Sequence record: MW879344.1
DNA length: 64,000 nucleotides
Strand: one strand, 5' to 3'
Shown here one piece after another: positions 18,677 to 28,288 of the stretch. Positions within the stretch are counted from its first letter, which is position 1. Each line of letters starts with the position of its first letter. A model generated the notes under the pieces. It saw only the letters and a program-made list of their open reading frames with translations. It ran no database searches and was not told the origin of the DNA. The position numbers and the translations under genes are program-made.

Positions 18677-21439
18677 ATGTCTAAAAAAATTATGGGCGAT
18701 TTGAATGTTGCCCGAAATACCTTATCATTTAGTAAAAATACAATCCGTGATGTTAACAACATCACGGCTGATGTTAATGGTGATGTTATATATCCATATT
18801 ATTCTAAAGAAGAAATTGACAAAATTGTTGCAACATTACCAGTTTCTAGGATTGGTACTATGGATTATCTACCAATGAGTATCAATGGTTCATATGAAGG
18901 TGCTACTAACTACGATACGAAACGTATATTTCCAGTAATGCTTGAAGATGATGGTACAATGGTTCTATTACGACCTGGAACAAATGGTAGTACTTTCGGG
19001 TACTACTATTCATATATTCCAAATGCACGTAGTAGTGATTCGTTTATTCCAATACCAACAAATACAAAATATATACCAACTTTCTTTACGACGAATCATT
19101 CATTAATTAATTTCATTGGCTCTAATGCTGGTGAAATTTTGATGATGCGTACAAATAATGGTACTAATGATACATATACACTAGCGTTAACAAATGGTAC
19201 AATGAACTCTGTTTCCCATCAATATGTTGAATTTAACAGAACATTAATACCAAATACAGATCCTCAATATGTTATGATTTGTAATGGTATTGCATATATT
19301 TGGTGTATAGATAGCTATAATAATGCTGACCCATTTTCAATATCATTATATACAATAAGTGTAGATAATATTAGAAATGGAGTTACTACAACATTATCAC
19401 GTATTACTGGATTTTCTGGAAAAACATTATATGGAGATAACGTAACTGGTAGTTCTAATATCCAAATTACTCCAAAATTATCAAGTACTGTTACTTCTGA
19501 TAAACCATTCACATTAGGTGTACCTAACGGATATTTCCTAAGTGTTAATACATGGCAATTGAATACAGATGGTGCAATACAAGCAGTTGGTAATGATAAT
19601 AATACATCTATTAGAGTATCAGTATCACATGCGTATGATAGTAATTCAAGTACTGGAAATCTAAGTCAAAAAGTATGGGGTTTTAGTTTCACTTACAATA
19701 TTAGTACTAAAGCATATGCTTATGATACTACCAGTTTAGCACCAATAGTAGTTACTGCGAATGCAAGTACTGGTGCAGTTACAAGTACTACGCAGTTCGA
19801 TGTTAGAATGGAAAATATAAATGGATTCCCATCAGGATCACAGGGTAATGTTCCAACAATATTTCAAACATTAGATGGACAGGTTTTTAGTGCAGTAGCT
19901 CGATATGTTACTGCTGCGGATTACAAAGTTACTCGTGCCACAATATCAGGTTTTACATCAAAATTTGATTCATTAAATCTAACAACTAGAACATTAACTA
20001 ATCAAAAAGTTACATATGTTCAGCCACAATATGGCTCAGTTATTGGGGAAAATTTAATAAATCCGCAAATTATATCTCCTACTAAAATTGTAATGGCGGG
20101 TAGTGGTACTGAAAATGGGGTTACTTTTGGTTTCAACTCATTGGTAAGTACTGATTTCACTGGTTCTAGAAATTATGTATATCAATCTGTTAATGGTTCT
20201 CCAATAAATGGATATGCACCAAATATAAATCGGGCACATCTAACGAATACAAATTTGATGTATAATGCTATGATTTCTATTGTTGCACAAGATGGAACAA
20301 CAAAAGTATATGGCTCATCATTTATTGAAGGTGCACCAAATAAACCAGCGAATGGATTACTGAATCCAAGTACTATGCAATTTACTGGTTCATACACATT
20401 ACAAAATGCTGCGGTTTTAACAACATTAAAAAATAATATTCTTTCTAGAATAACTTTACCAGATAATATTTTAGATAGTAAAATTGTATTATATTACGTA
20501 CCAGATCAATCATTATGTAAAAGCATTGCAGTGGTTATGGTAAGAACTGATGCAGCGGCTGGGACAAATAATATTAATATTTTAACAGCAGAAGTTGATT
20601 TAACACTTTCCGGTACAGTTGTGACTGGTGGGACTGTATTATCTACTTTCTCAAATCAACGTGGATTATATTCAACAAATATTAACACTAACCTTATAGA
20701 GCGTATGTGTGGATTAACAGTTGCAAAATATTCAGATTTTACATATCTTGGTGTTGGGACGGTTTATAATTCAAGAACAACAGGTAATGACATGTACTGT
20801 TCAATATTGGGTAAAATTGATAACTCAACACAGCGTATATCATCTAGTGCCTTAACATTAGTTGGTACACAATATGTTGCATTAGGTGGAGCTTACCAAG
20901 TTGGTGTAATTCCGAATGTAGGTTTTGGTGTATTTGAAACTGGTCAAGTGGCAGATTTAGGTACTAAATTAGTATTCAAAAATTTCGGGACTACTAGTGC
21001 ACAATTTGATACAATGATAACAGATTTAAGTGCTAATCCTATAGAGAGATTTGTCATCACTTCACAGGAAGTAGCACAAGGATTTAATGTATATTTTACA
21101 CAAATTATACCAATACTACTAAATGGTAAGTACTATGAAATGTTACCAACAACAATAAATCTGAATTCTATTGAGTCAAATCCAGCTAATAAAACATTTT
21201 ACATTTATATCGTTATAAATGAAGGTGTAGCTCAATATCAAATTAGTACTTCTATACTTTCTGATGAATTGTATAGAGTATTCATTGGTACAATCGTAAC
21301 TGGTGCATCAAGCATCACTTCATTAGTTACTGAGAAAGTTACTAGATTCTTAACTTATAGACCAAGTGTTACTAAACGTGGTTCAGCAATACCAGCAAGT
21401 ACTGGTGTACCTTCAGGTACTGGTACACGTTGGCATTAA
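18677..21439 (+). CDS. Large virion structural protein, paralog 3
   Basis: 920 aa; LPVSRIG...LEDDGTMVLLRPGTNG...QEVAQGF...NPANKTFYIY shared motifs. Confidence 0.65.
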   Translation: MSKKIMGDLNVARNTLSFSKNTIRDVNNITADVNGDVIYPYYSKEEIDKIVATLPVSRIGTMDYLPMSINGSYEGATNYDTKRIFPVMLEDDGTMVLLRPGTNGSTFGYYYSYIPNARSSDSFIPIPTNTKYIPTFFTTNHSLINFIGSNAGEILMMRTNNGTNDTYTLALTNGTMNSVSHQYVEFNRTLIPNTDPQYVMICNGIAYIWCIDSYNNADPFSISLYTISVDNIRNGVTTTLSRITGFSGKTLYGDNVTGSSNIQITPKLSSTVTSDKPFTLGVPNGYFLSVNTWQLNTDGAIQAVGNDNNTSIRVSVSHAYDSNSSTGNLSQKVWGFSFTYNISTKAYAYDTTSLAPIVVTANASTGAVTSTTQFDVRMENINGFPSGSQGNVPTIFQTLDGQVFSAVARYVTAADYKVTRATISGFTSKFDSLNLTTRTLTNQKVTYVQPQYGSVIGENLINPQIISPTKIVMAGSGTENGVTFGFNSLVSTDFTGSRNYVYQSVNGSPINGYAPNINRAHLTNTNLMYNAMISIVAQDGTTKVYGSSFIEGAPNKPANGLLNPSTMQFTGSYTLQNAAVLTTLKNNILSRITLPDNILDSKIVLYYVPDQSLCKSIAVVMVRTDAAAGTNNINILTAEVDLTLSGTVVTGGTVLSTFSNQRGLYSTNINTNLIERMCGLTVAKYSDFTYLGVGTVYNSRTTGNDMYCSILGKIDNSTQRISSSALTLVGTQYVALGGAYQVGVIPNVGFGVFETGQVADLGTKLVFKNFGTTSAQFDTMITDLSANPIERFVITSQEVAQGFNVYFTQIIPILLNGKYYEMLPTTINLNSIESNPANKTFYIYIVINEGVAQYQISTSILSDELYRVFIGTIVTGASSITSLVTEKVTRFLTYRPSVTKRGSAIPASTGVPSGTGTRWH

Positions 21440-21441
21440 TC

Positions 21442-21470
21442 AAAAAAGCCCCTTGACAGGGGCTTTTTTT
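21442..21470. terminator. Bidirectional terminator whose loop is a -35 box
   Basis: aaaaaagcccc-ttgaca-ggggcttttttt. Confidence 0.85.
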
Positions 21471-21481
21471 ATGTGTACAAT
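21453..21481 (+). promoter_or_regulatory. Sigma70-type promoter
   Basis: TTGACA (21453-21458)-N17-TACAAT (21476-21481). Confidence 0.7.
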
Positions 21482-21516
21482 TTTCTGCATCTGACGAAAA
21501 TAATGAAAATTATCCC

Positions 21517-21545
21517 TTGACAAGAGATTAAAAAACATGTACACT
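21517..21545 (+). promoter_or_regulatory. Sigma70-type promoter (tandem second)
   Basis: TTGACA (21517-21522)-N17-TACACT (21540-21545). Confidence 0.65.
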
Positions 21546-21561
21546 GTATAGGAAATTTCAT

Positions 21562-22119
21562 ATGGGATACCAACCAATGCCTAGAAATCCACCACCTCCA
21601 ACAAAGAGTGATGAAGGTATAATTAATTTAGCAACAATGTTAGAGATTCATCAACATTTGCATATTCTAGTACTTCGTAAAAGTGCGGGGAAGCTAATTG
21701 AATATATCATGCAGTTCAGGAATAAGAAACAAGCTACAAATGCTATCATTCAAACAAAATATGAATTAAGTAAATGTCGTCCTGAAGTACTTGCAATGAT
21801 GTTGTCAATGGCAAAAGACCCACGTAGGTTCAAATTTGCTGACACAACATGTGATAGCCGAATGGTACTGAACGATACTGTACACGGTACATATTTCCAA
21901 ATTTATAATTTTAGTTCAAATCCAAATCGTTATTTGCCTAAAGTGTACATTAACAGTAAGGAATTTCTAAATGATAATGAAGAAATGGTTTTGTTCAAGA
22001 TTGTAAAATCAATGAATATGATGCGTAATAATGAATATAAACTTCAAGAAGAATTGAAAACGTTAGAGGAACAAGAGAATGTTTTCCAAATATACCAAAA
22101 TGAAAAATTGTTATCCTGA
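21562..22119 (+). CDS. Hypothetical protein, family A paralog
   Basis: LRKS...IIQTKYELSKCRPEV...DPRRF motif shared with 23093, 23891 and 24385. Confidence 0.65.
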   Translation: MGYQPMPRNPPPPTKSDEGIINLATMLEIHQHLHILVLRKSAGKLIEYIMQFRNKKQATNAIIQTKYELSKCRPEVLAMMLSMAKDPRRFKFADTTCDSRMVLNDTVHGTYFQIYNFSSNPNRYLPKVYINSKEFLNDNEEMVLFKIVKSMNMMRNNEYKLQEELKTLEEQENVFQIYQNEKLLS

Positions 22120-22348
22120 TAAATTGTATGAAATTCTGTTAAAACGGTTCTTTTTTGAAAATTACCCATCAGCAATGAATGTGATTTTACATCATGCAAG
22201 TACTTATAGTGATGGGAAAATTGTGGCATCCATTGAATTTTGGTTCCCTAACAAACTTGTATTTGTAAATGCTCATATTTTTATTGATGAAGAATATCAT
22301 TCAATTAATGTTTTTAACACTGATAAACTATTGGAGTTCGTGGAATGA
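22100..22348 (+). CDS. Hypothetical protein
   Basis: Start at ATG 22100; ATGA overlap with the thg1 start. Confidence 0.5.
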   Translation: MKNCYPDKLYEILLKRFFFENYPSAMNVILHHASTYSDGKIVASIEFWFPNKLVFVNAHIFIDEEYHSINVFNTDKLLEFVE

Positions 22349-23115
22349 AACTCGGTGATCGTATTAAACTGTACGAAAAAATGGAAACCTCAAACAAATT
22401 TATGCCAGGGCTTCCGATTTATGCACGTATCGATGGTCGTTCATTTAGTAAATTTACTAATGGTATGATTAAACCATACGACCCTATTCTTAGTCGTATT
22501 ATGCAAGAAGTTACTGCGTATCTTGTTAAAGAAACGAGTGCATGTATTGGTTATACTCAATCTGATGAAATTAGCTTAGTGTTTATGCAAAAATCACCAG
22601 AGAGTGATGTTTTCTTTAGTGGTAAGAAGCAGAAAATGGTTTCAGTACTTGCAGCATTAGCTACTGCTAAGTTCATTGAACTTGCACTGAAATTCTATCC
22701 TGAAGAATGTGCAAAACGTCTTCCAGTGTTTGATTGTCGTGTATTTCAGGTTCCAAATAAATCTGAGGCGGCGAACTGTTTGATTTGGCGGTCACAAGAT
22801 GCAATTCGTAACAGTATTCAAATGGCTGGACGTGCAGTATTCTCGCATAAAGAACTAGATCGTAAAAATCAAAATGATATTCTTGATATGCTTATCAATG
22901 AAAAGGGTATCAACTGGAATGAATATCCTAAGTTCTTTAAAGAAGGTTCATTCTTCCAACGAGTAACTTATATGAAAGAAGTACTTGATGGAGAACCAGT
23001 GATGCGGTCTAAAGTTGATGAAGTTATCGTTGATACAAAATTCGAAGATCTCAATACTGAAGAAAAGGTTAAACTTATTTTTGGAGATGAGGATGTTCAA
23101 AAAACGCAAGAATAA
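22345..23115 (+). CDS. thg1: tRNA-His guanylyltransferase (Thg1-like, 3'-5' polymerase)
   Basis: IYARIDGRSFSKFT, YTQSDEISLV, PVFDCRVF, WRSQDAIRNS. Confidence 0.9.
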   Translation: MKLGDRIKLYEKMETSNKFMPGLPIYARIDGRSFSKFTNGMIKPYDPILSRIMQEVTAYLVKETSACIGYTQSDEISLVFMQKSPESDVFFSGKKQKMVSVLAALATAKFIELALKFYPEECAKRLPVFDCRVFQVPNKSEAANCLIWRSQDAIRNSIQMAGRAVFSHKELDRKNQNDILDMLINEKGINWNEYPKFFKEGSFFQRVTYMKEVLDGEPVMRSKVDEVIVDTKFEDLNTEEKVKLIFGDEDVQKTQE

Positions 23116-23599
23116 AATTTCTCCAGATGAGAAGTACTTGATTGCGTATATATTACGAGGGAGCACTAGCTCCCTTTTGAATTATATGGCAACTCATCCA
23201 TATGGAATGAATGCTGCTCGAAAAGATATAATTAAAATCAAGTACTGGTTTTCTAAATGCCATCCTGTTGTTCAAAATCTTATTCGTAAAATGGTAACTA
23301 AATTTGAGTACTTTAACATTGACACGAATTTACATTATAATTTTCATGATGATGATTACATTGTATATACCACAACGGATATAGATACTGGATATTGGTT
23401 CAGATGTTATGATATTGGTTGTGGTCAATCTGATATTAAAATTGCAGAAGATGGGATTTTAACCAACTCATCACTTGAACACAAAATGTTTGTATATGCG
23501 ATAAAGTCTGTTTCGTACATCAAAGAAAATATTGTTCAAATTCAAAAAGATCAAAAAACGGATCAAATGAAACAACAATATATGGAAGTATATAAATGA
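23093..23599 (+). CDS. Hypothetical protein, family A paralog
   Basis: LRGS...IIKIKYWFSKCHPVV; start moved to ATG 23093. Confidence 0.6.
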   Translation: MFKKRKNKISPDEKYLIAYILRGSTSSLLNYMATHPYGMNAARKDIIKIKYWFSKCHPVVQNLIRKMVTKFEYFNIDTNLHYNFHDDDYIVYTTTDIDTGYWFRCYDIGCGQSDIKIAEDGILTNSSLEHKMFVYAIKSVSYIKENIVQIQKDQKTDQMKQQYMEVYK

Positions 23600-23901
23600 A
23601 TTATATTACTCCTATTTTAATAAATCGTCATAAAGAAAAATTTGACATTTATATTGGTCGTGGTACAATATGGGGAAATCCACACCCTATTGACAAAGGT
23701 GCTGGTATTTCCCGACAAGTTTCTATAGAAATGTACAAAGATCACTTGTATTCTTCGATTGAAGCTGGTACAATCACAATAGATGACTTTTTAAGCCTTT
23801 CAGGTAAACGAATAGGCTGTTCATGTGCACCGTTGCCATGTCACGGTGATGTAATAATTGAAGTATTCAATGAAATTGTTGCAATGCTAAATGAAAATTG
23901 A
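23596..23901 (+). CDS. DUF4326-family protein
   Basis: DIYIGRGTIWGNPH...LSGKRIGCSCAPLPCHGDVI. Confidence 0.8.
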   Translation: MNYITPILINRHKEKFDIYIGRGTIWGNPHPIDKGAGISRQVSIEMYKDHLYSSIEAGTITIDDFLSLSGKRIGCSCAPLPCHGDVIIEVFNEIVAMLNEN

Positions 23902-24388
23902 GGTTCAGATGAAACGTTCAGAAGTTTTATTTGCAATACTAAGAAAGAGTAAAAAAGTACTTGAAGAATTTGCAGTTTCTAATCGTCAGCGTAAATTCAT
24001 TATTGAAATGAAATATAATTATTCTAAACTACAACCAACATTACGCAACATGATGCGTATTATGGCTACTGACATTGAACGTTTTGAACTTTTAAATGAG
24101 AAAAATATGAAAGACGTTCTTGAAAATTTTCATTTAAGTGGTATGGAACGTCCCGAATGTTACATCGAACAACACCCAGCATTGATTGATATTAATACTG
24201 GTAAAAAGTTTATTATCAAGCGTGAAGAAATTATTTCTGGTGATGTTGTTGTATTCAAAGATGCTGAACATAAAGCATTTATTGTAGCATATAATTGTTT
24301 AGTACTGGCTAAAGAAAATCAGGAAATCATGATTCGAACTCGTGATGAAGAAGAAAAACGCCAATCAGTACTTTCAGAATATCAGTGA
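23891..24388 (+). CDS. Hypothetical protein, family A paralog
   Basis: LRKS...IIEMKYNYSKLQPTL...DIERF. Confidence 0.6.
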   Translation: MKIEVQMKRSEVLFAILRKSKKVLEEFAVSNRQRKFIIEMKYNYSKLQPTLRNMMRIMATDIERFELLNEKNMKDVLENFHLSGMERPECYIEQHPALIDINTGKKFIIKREEIISGDVVVFKDAEHKAFIVAYNCLVLAKENQEIMIRTRDEEEKRQSVLSEYQ

Positions 24389-24960
24389 GGATAATGATGA
24401 ATGATATTATGTTGATGATTCTGATGTTCAGGCAGAATTCAAAACTTTTAAAAGAATATACTAATAGCGATTCGGCTACAGTTCGAAAAGAATATCGAAA
24501 AAAATTGATTCAAATAAAGTCGTATCTTTCTACTATCAGTTCTGAGCAATATAACATTATAAAAGCTATCAGTACTGACTTTGATCGTTTTAACGTTTTC
24601 CATATGAAAACAGATTATAATCCTCCAATGAGTATGGTAAGGTTAAGATTTTCCTTCATACATCCTTCAACTGGTGAAATATACCGAACTATAGATCGAG
24701 CAAATTCAAATGGATACTATCATCCATTAGTACTACATGATACTAAAATGGATGTTTTCTTTATATTAGACCGAGATACAACTATAGTAGATAATGTTGA
24801 AGTTTTTGAAAAAAGTGAACATAATCTACTAGTTCAATTTGTTTCAGAATTACAAAAAGCTAAAGAACGTGAAGCACATATTTTACACCAGAAAAAAGTG
24901 CGTGAAGAAGAATTAGCCAAGGAACGTAAAAAAGCAAGCATTCTAGCAAAATATTCATAA
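24385..24960 (+). CDS. Hypothetical protein, family A paralog (divergent)
   Basis: LIQIKSYLST...STDFDRF; C-terminal coiled coil. Confidence 0.55.
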   Translation: MRIMMNDIMLMILMFRQNSKLLKEYTNSDSATVRKEYRKKLIQIKSYLSTISSEQYNIIKAISTDFDRFNVFHMKTDYNPPMSMVRLRFSFIHPSTGEIYRTIDRANSNGYYHPLVLHDTKMDVFFILDRDTTIVDNVEVFEKSEHNLLVQFVSELQKAKEREAHILHQKKVREEELAKERKKASILAKYS

Positions 24961-24968
24961 GGAAAGTA

Positions 24969-25829
24969 ATGGAATATAACGGACAATTCCCGCACCAAAC
25001 AATTGAATTTAACTCAAGTACAGTCATTGTGATAAACGGTGACTGTACTGAAGTACTTAAAGAATTGAATGAATTAGGATTTAAGTTTAACACAACTATA
25101 ACATCCCCGCCATATGCTGAACAACGCAAAGATGTATACGACAGTATTAGTCCTGCTGATTTTCCATCATGGTATACCGGAATAAGTACTGACATTATGA
25201 ATGTTCTTCATGATGATGGTTCTTATTTCTTTAATATTAAAGAACATGTTGACAAAGGTAAGCGTGATGTATATGTATACAAAACAATTATTGATATGGC
25301 TAATGTTTATAATTGGAGTGATGAATATATTTGGAATAAAACAAATCCATTCCCAACTGGTGCAAAAACTAGATTAAAAGATGGGTTTGAAAGAATATAT
25401 CAATTTAATCATACTACGAAATATAAATTCTTTCCAGATGAAGTTAAAGTTCAGAGTACTTCAAAATATCTAGAAAGTGAGAAGAAAAGAAAAAACAAAG
25501 GTGAACATAACGTTAACAATGGTTCCTCTATGAACATGACTAAGCGTGTTGCTGAAGACATGGTTAGACCAAGTAACGTTCTAACTTGCAGTACCAGTAA
25601 TTTAAATATTGGTCATCCAGCAGTATTCCCTATTGATATTCCCAACTTCTATATAAAATTAACTACTGAGCCTAATGATTGGGTACTAGACCCATTTGGT
25701 GGTTCAGGAACTACCGCACTTAGTTCAATACAACTTGGACGAAATTGTGTTCTAATAGAAAAATCTGAACAGTACTATAATCTAATTATAGAACGATTAC
25801 TACAATATGGTAGGGAGAATTATCAATGA
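24969..25829 (+). CDS. Beta-class N4-cytosine/N6-adenine DNA methyltransferase
   Basis: INGDCTEVL, TSPPY motif IV before HPAVFP and VLDPFGGSGTT motif I. Confidence 0.9.
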   Translation: MEYNGQFPHQTIEFNSSTVIVINGDCTEVLKELNELGFKFNTTITSPPYAEQRKDVYDSISPADFPSWYTGISTDIMNVLHDDGSYFFNIKEHVDKGKRDVYVYKTIIDMANVYNWSDEYIWNKTNPFPTGAKTRLKDGFERIYQFNHTTKYKFFPDEVKVQSTSKYLESEKKRKNKGEHNVNNGSSMNMTKRVAEDMVRPSNVLTCSTSNLNIGHPAVFPIDIPNFYIKLTTEPNDWVLDPFGGSGTTALSSIQLGRNCVLIEKSEQYYNLIIERLLQYGRENYQ

Positions 25830-26116
25830 GTGATGATAGATTAAATCAACGAATGAATGAAGAAGCAAAAAGTGTTGAAGTTTTTAACTTAACTAAATCT
25901 AGTGATGTTTTTAGATTATTGTCTGAAACAGTTGAAACGCCAAAAGAGTTAGAACCAGTACTTGCTAAAATTGCTGTAATTGGAGAACTTGGTAAATCTT
26001 CATGGTATGAAGTAGTATATCATAACGGAGATGAATGGTGCTGTTATGCTGGATCAAAAACATTCCAAGATGGTGAACGAGTTTTGGATTGGAAATATTG
26101 TACTGATGTTTTATAA
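25826..26116 (+). CDS. Hypothetical protein
   Basis: ATGA overlap; 96 aa. Confidence 0.6.
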   Translation: MSDDRLNQRMNEEAKSVEVFNLTKSSDVFRLLSETVETPKELEPVLAKIAVIGELGKSSWYEVVYHNGDEWCCYAGSKTFQDGERVLDWKYCTDVL

Positions 26117-26125
26117 GGAAAAAAA

Positions 26126-27370
26126 ATGAAAAATAATCACCTAGACAATTTAATTGTTAGACACCTTGCAGGTTCACAAGCTTATGGCACAAGTACACCT
26201 ACATCAGATACTGACTATAGAGGTATTTTTGTTGCTGATAAAGAATTCATCATTACTCCATTCTTTAAAGTTAATGAAGTTAATGATGCATCCGAAGAAG
26301 ATACTAAGTATTATGAACTTAACAACTATATGCAACTTTATTTGACTGCTAATCCAAATATTCTTGAATCTCTTTGGGTAGATGAGTCTGATATTGTTTT
26401 TAAAAATGAAATGTATGATCATCTTCGTTCTGCTCGTACTGAACTTCTATCCACAAAAATTGCATTTACATACACTGGCTATGCTCATAACCAAGCGAAA
26501 CGTATGAAAAATCACCACACATGGATGGAAAAAGAGCGTACTGGTGTTCGTATTTTACAAGAACTAATTGACCAATATCCATGCGAACAAATGGTTCAAT
26601 GGATTGGCGATTCCTTCCCATCTTATATTATGAATCTAGTTAATCTAGAAAAAGCTCGTGGTGTTTGGATTAAAGGTATTATTGATTTTGAAAAATTTAT
26701 GCGTAATGCTTCATTGCAAATGCTAAGTACTAATCCATTAAAACAATACCACTTTGTAAAATTAGTACATAACTATTTTGACCACCAAGTACTTGATCGT
26801 GATTTTAATATTCTAAATTATAATCATGGATACCAACTTGTTCCTTATGGAGATAACATTTTTGGTCTTGTTGAGCGGGAAGGTTCTAAAACTATTAATG
26901 ATGATGGTAGTATTCATCGTATTGATACTTCAAATCTTACACTACAAGAGGTGAAAGAAACACCTAAATTGATCGTTAAATTCAACAAGGATGAATATGA
27001 GAAAAGTTCTGACAATCGTCACAACTATCATCATTGGAAGGAAAATCGTAATGAAGCTCGTTCTGAACTAGAACAGTTAAATGGTTATGATACCAAACAT
27101 GCAATGCACGTTGTTCGTCTACTACGTACTGCTGAAGAAGCCTTAGAAACTGGTGAAATTCATGTTAAACGACCTGATGCAGCAGAACTTTTAGCTATCC
27201 GAAATGGTGCGTGGAGTTATGACGAAATGATGCAGTACTGGAATGAAAAAGACCAGTATATTCGTGAAGTACTATATAAACAATCAGATTTACCAAAAAA
27301 TCCCGATATTCATAAAGCAGCACAGCTACTTATTGAACTTCGTGAAATTCAATGGTATGGGAAAAAATAA
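26126..27370 (+). CDS. RlaP/NrdC.11-like nucleotidyltransferase
   Basis: LAGSQAYGTSTPTSDTDYRGIF, NPNILESLW, YDTKHAMHVVRLL...L..IRNG. Confidence 0.75.
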   Translation: MKNNHLDNLIVRHLAGSQAYGTSTPTSDTDYRGIFVADKEFIITPFFKVNEVNDASEEDTKYYELNNYMQLYLTANPNILESLWVDESDIVFKNEMYDHLRSARTELLSTKIAFTYTGYAHNQAKRMKNHHTWMEKERTGVRILQELIDQYPCEQMVQWIGDSFPSYIMNLVNLEKARGVWIKGIIDFEKFMRNASLQMLSTNPLKQYHFVKLVHNYFDHQVLDRDFNILNYNHGYQLVPYGDNIFGLVEREGSKTINDDGSIHRIDTSNLTLQEVKETPKLIVKFNKDEYEKSSDNRHNYHHWKENRNEARSELEQLNGYDTKHAMHVVRLLRTAEEALETGEIHVKRPDAAELLAIRNGAWSYDEMMQYWNEKDQYIREVLYKQSDLPKNPDIHKAAQLLIELREIQWYGKK

Positions 27371-27798
27371 TGAACTTACTAGAACAATTTAAAACTGCAC
27401 AAGCAGTTTATCTAGGTCTTATCAATGAACACGGCTCTGATATTATCGTGGAGCTACTTAACGACATTCAATCTCGTCATCCAAAATTTAATGCAACTAC
27501 AATTGTAGGTTATACTCCAGAATGGAATGATGGCGAAGCATGTGAACATAGTTCTGATATTTGTGTATCATATCTATCAGATGATATTCTTGATAAACTT
27601 ACTGATATGACCGAATCATTAGGTGAAGACTTTGAACTTAATGATATGTCTCGTGAAGAAGCTCGTGATATTGAAAAACAACTCAATCTCGCAGATGTAA
27701 TTTTACAAGAAATCTATGGTACTAATTACCAACTTGGTGCAATCTTTGTAGATGGTACTTTTAAACTTTTCCACTCTGAATATGAATGCGGGTACTAA
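27370..27798 (+). CDS. Hypothetical protein, family B paralog 1
   Basis: GYTPEWNDGEACEH...YECGY. Confidence 0.7.
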   Translation: MNLLEQFKTAQAVYLGLINEHGSDIIVELLNDIQSRHPKFNATTIVGYTPEWNDGEACEHSSDICVSYLSDDILDKLTDMTESLGEDFELNDMSREEARDIEKQLNLADVILQEIYGTNYQLGAIFVDGTFKLFHSEYECGY

Positions 27799-27800
27799 TT

Positions 27801-28286
27801 ATGTCAATTTATAATGATTATAAAACAAAGAAAAACGAATATTTTACTTTTCTAAATTCTAATAAAAACGATATTTTCAATTCAGCAATTGAAGAATTGA
27901 AATTACTAATACCTGATGTAAAAGCTATTGGTATTATTGGATATACACCAGGATTTAATGATGGTGAACCATGTACCCATAGTTCGTATTCATTTTTTGA
28001 TGATTTCGGGGAATTAATAGAATTATCCGATTACAATTCTGAAGTACTCTCATGTTTCAACATTCCTGAAGATGTACTAGATGAAGATGAAAGTGATATT
28101 TATGATTGGATTAGTGACAATACTTCACTAAAATTAACATCAGCAGATCGTCAATTGGGTAATGCAATTATGAGTGATTTGGAAGCATTGGCTGAAGATA
28201 TTTGGTACACAGACTTCATTATCATGATTGACCTATCTGAAAATACTCCAGTCGTTAAACACATTGAATATCAGTGCGGGTACTAA
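27801..28286 (+). CDS. Hypothetical protein, family B paralog 2
   Basis: GYTPGFNDGEPCTH...YQCGY. Confidence 0.7.
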   Translation: MSIYNDYKTKKNEYFTFLNSNKNDIFNSAIEELKLLIPDVKAIGIIGYTPGFNDGEPCTHSSYSFFDDFGELIELSDYNSEVLSCFNIPEDVLDEDESDIYDWISDNTSLKLTSADRQLGNAIMSDLEALAEDIWYTDFIIMIDLSENTPVVKHIEYQCGY

Positions 28287-28288
28287 TT

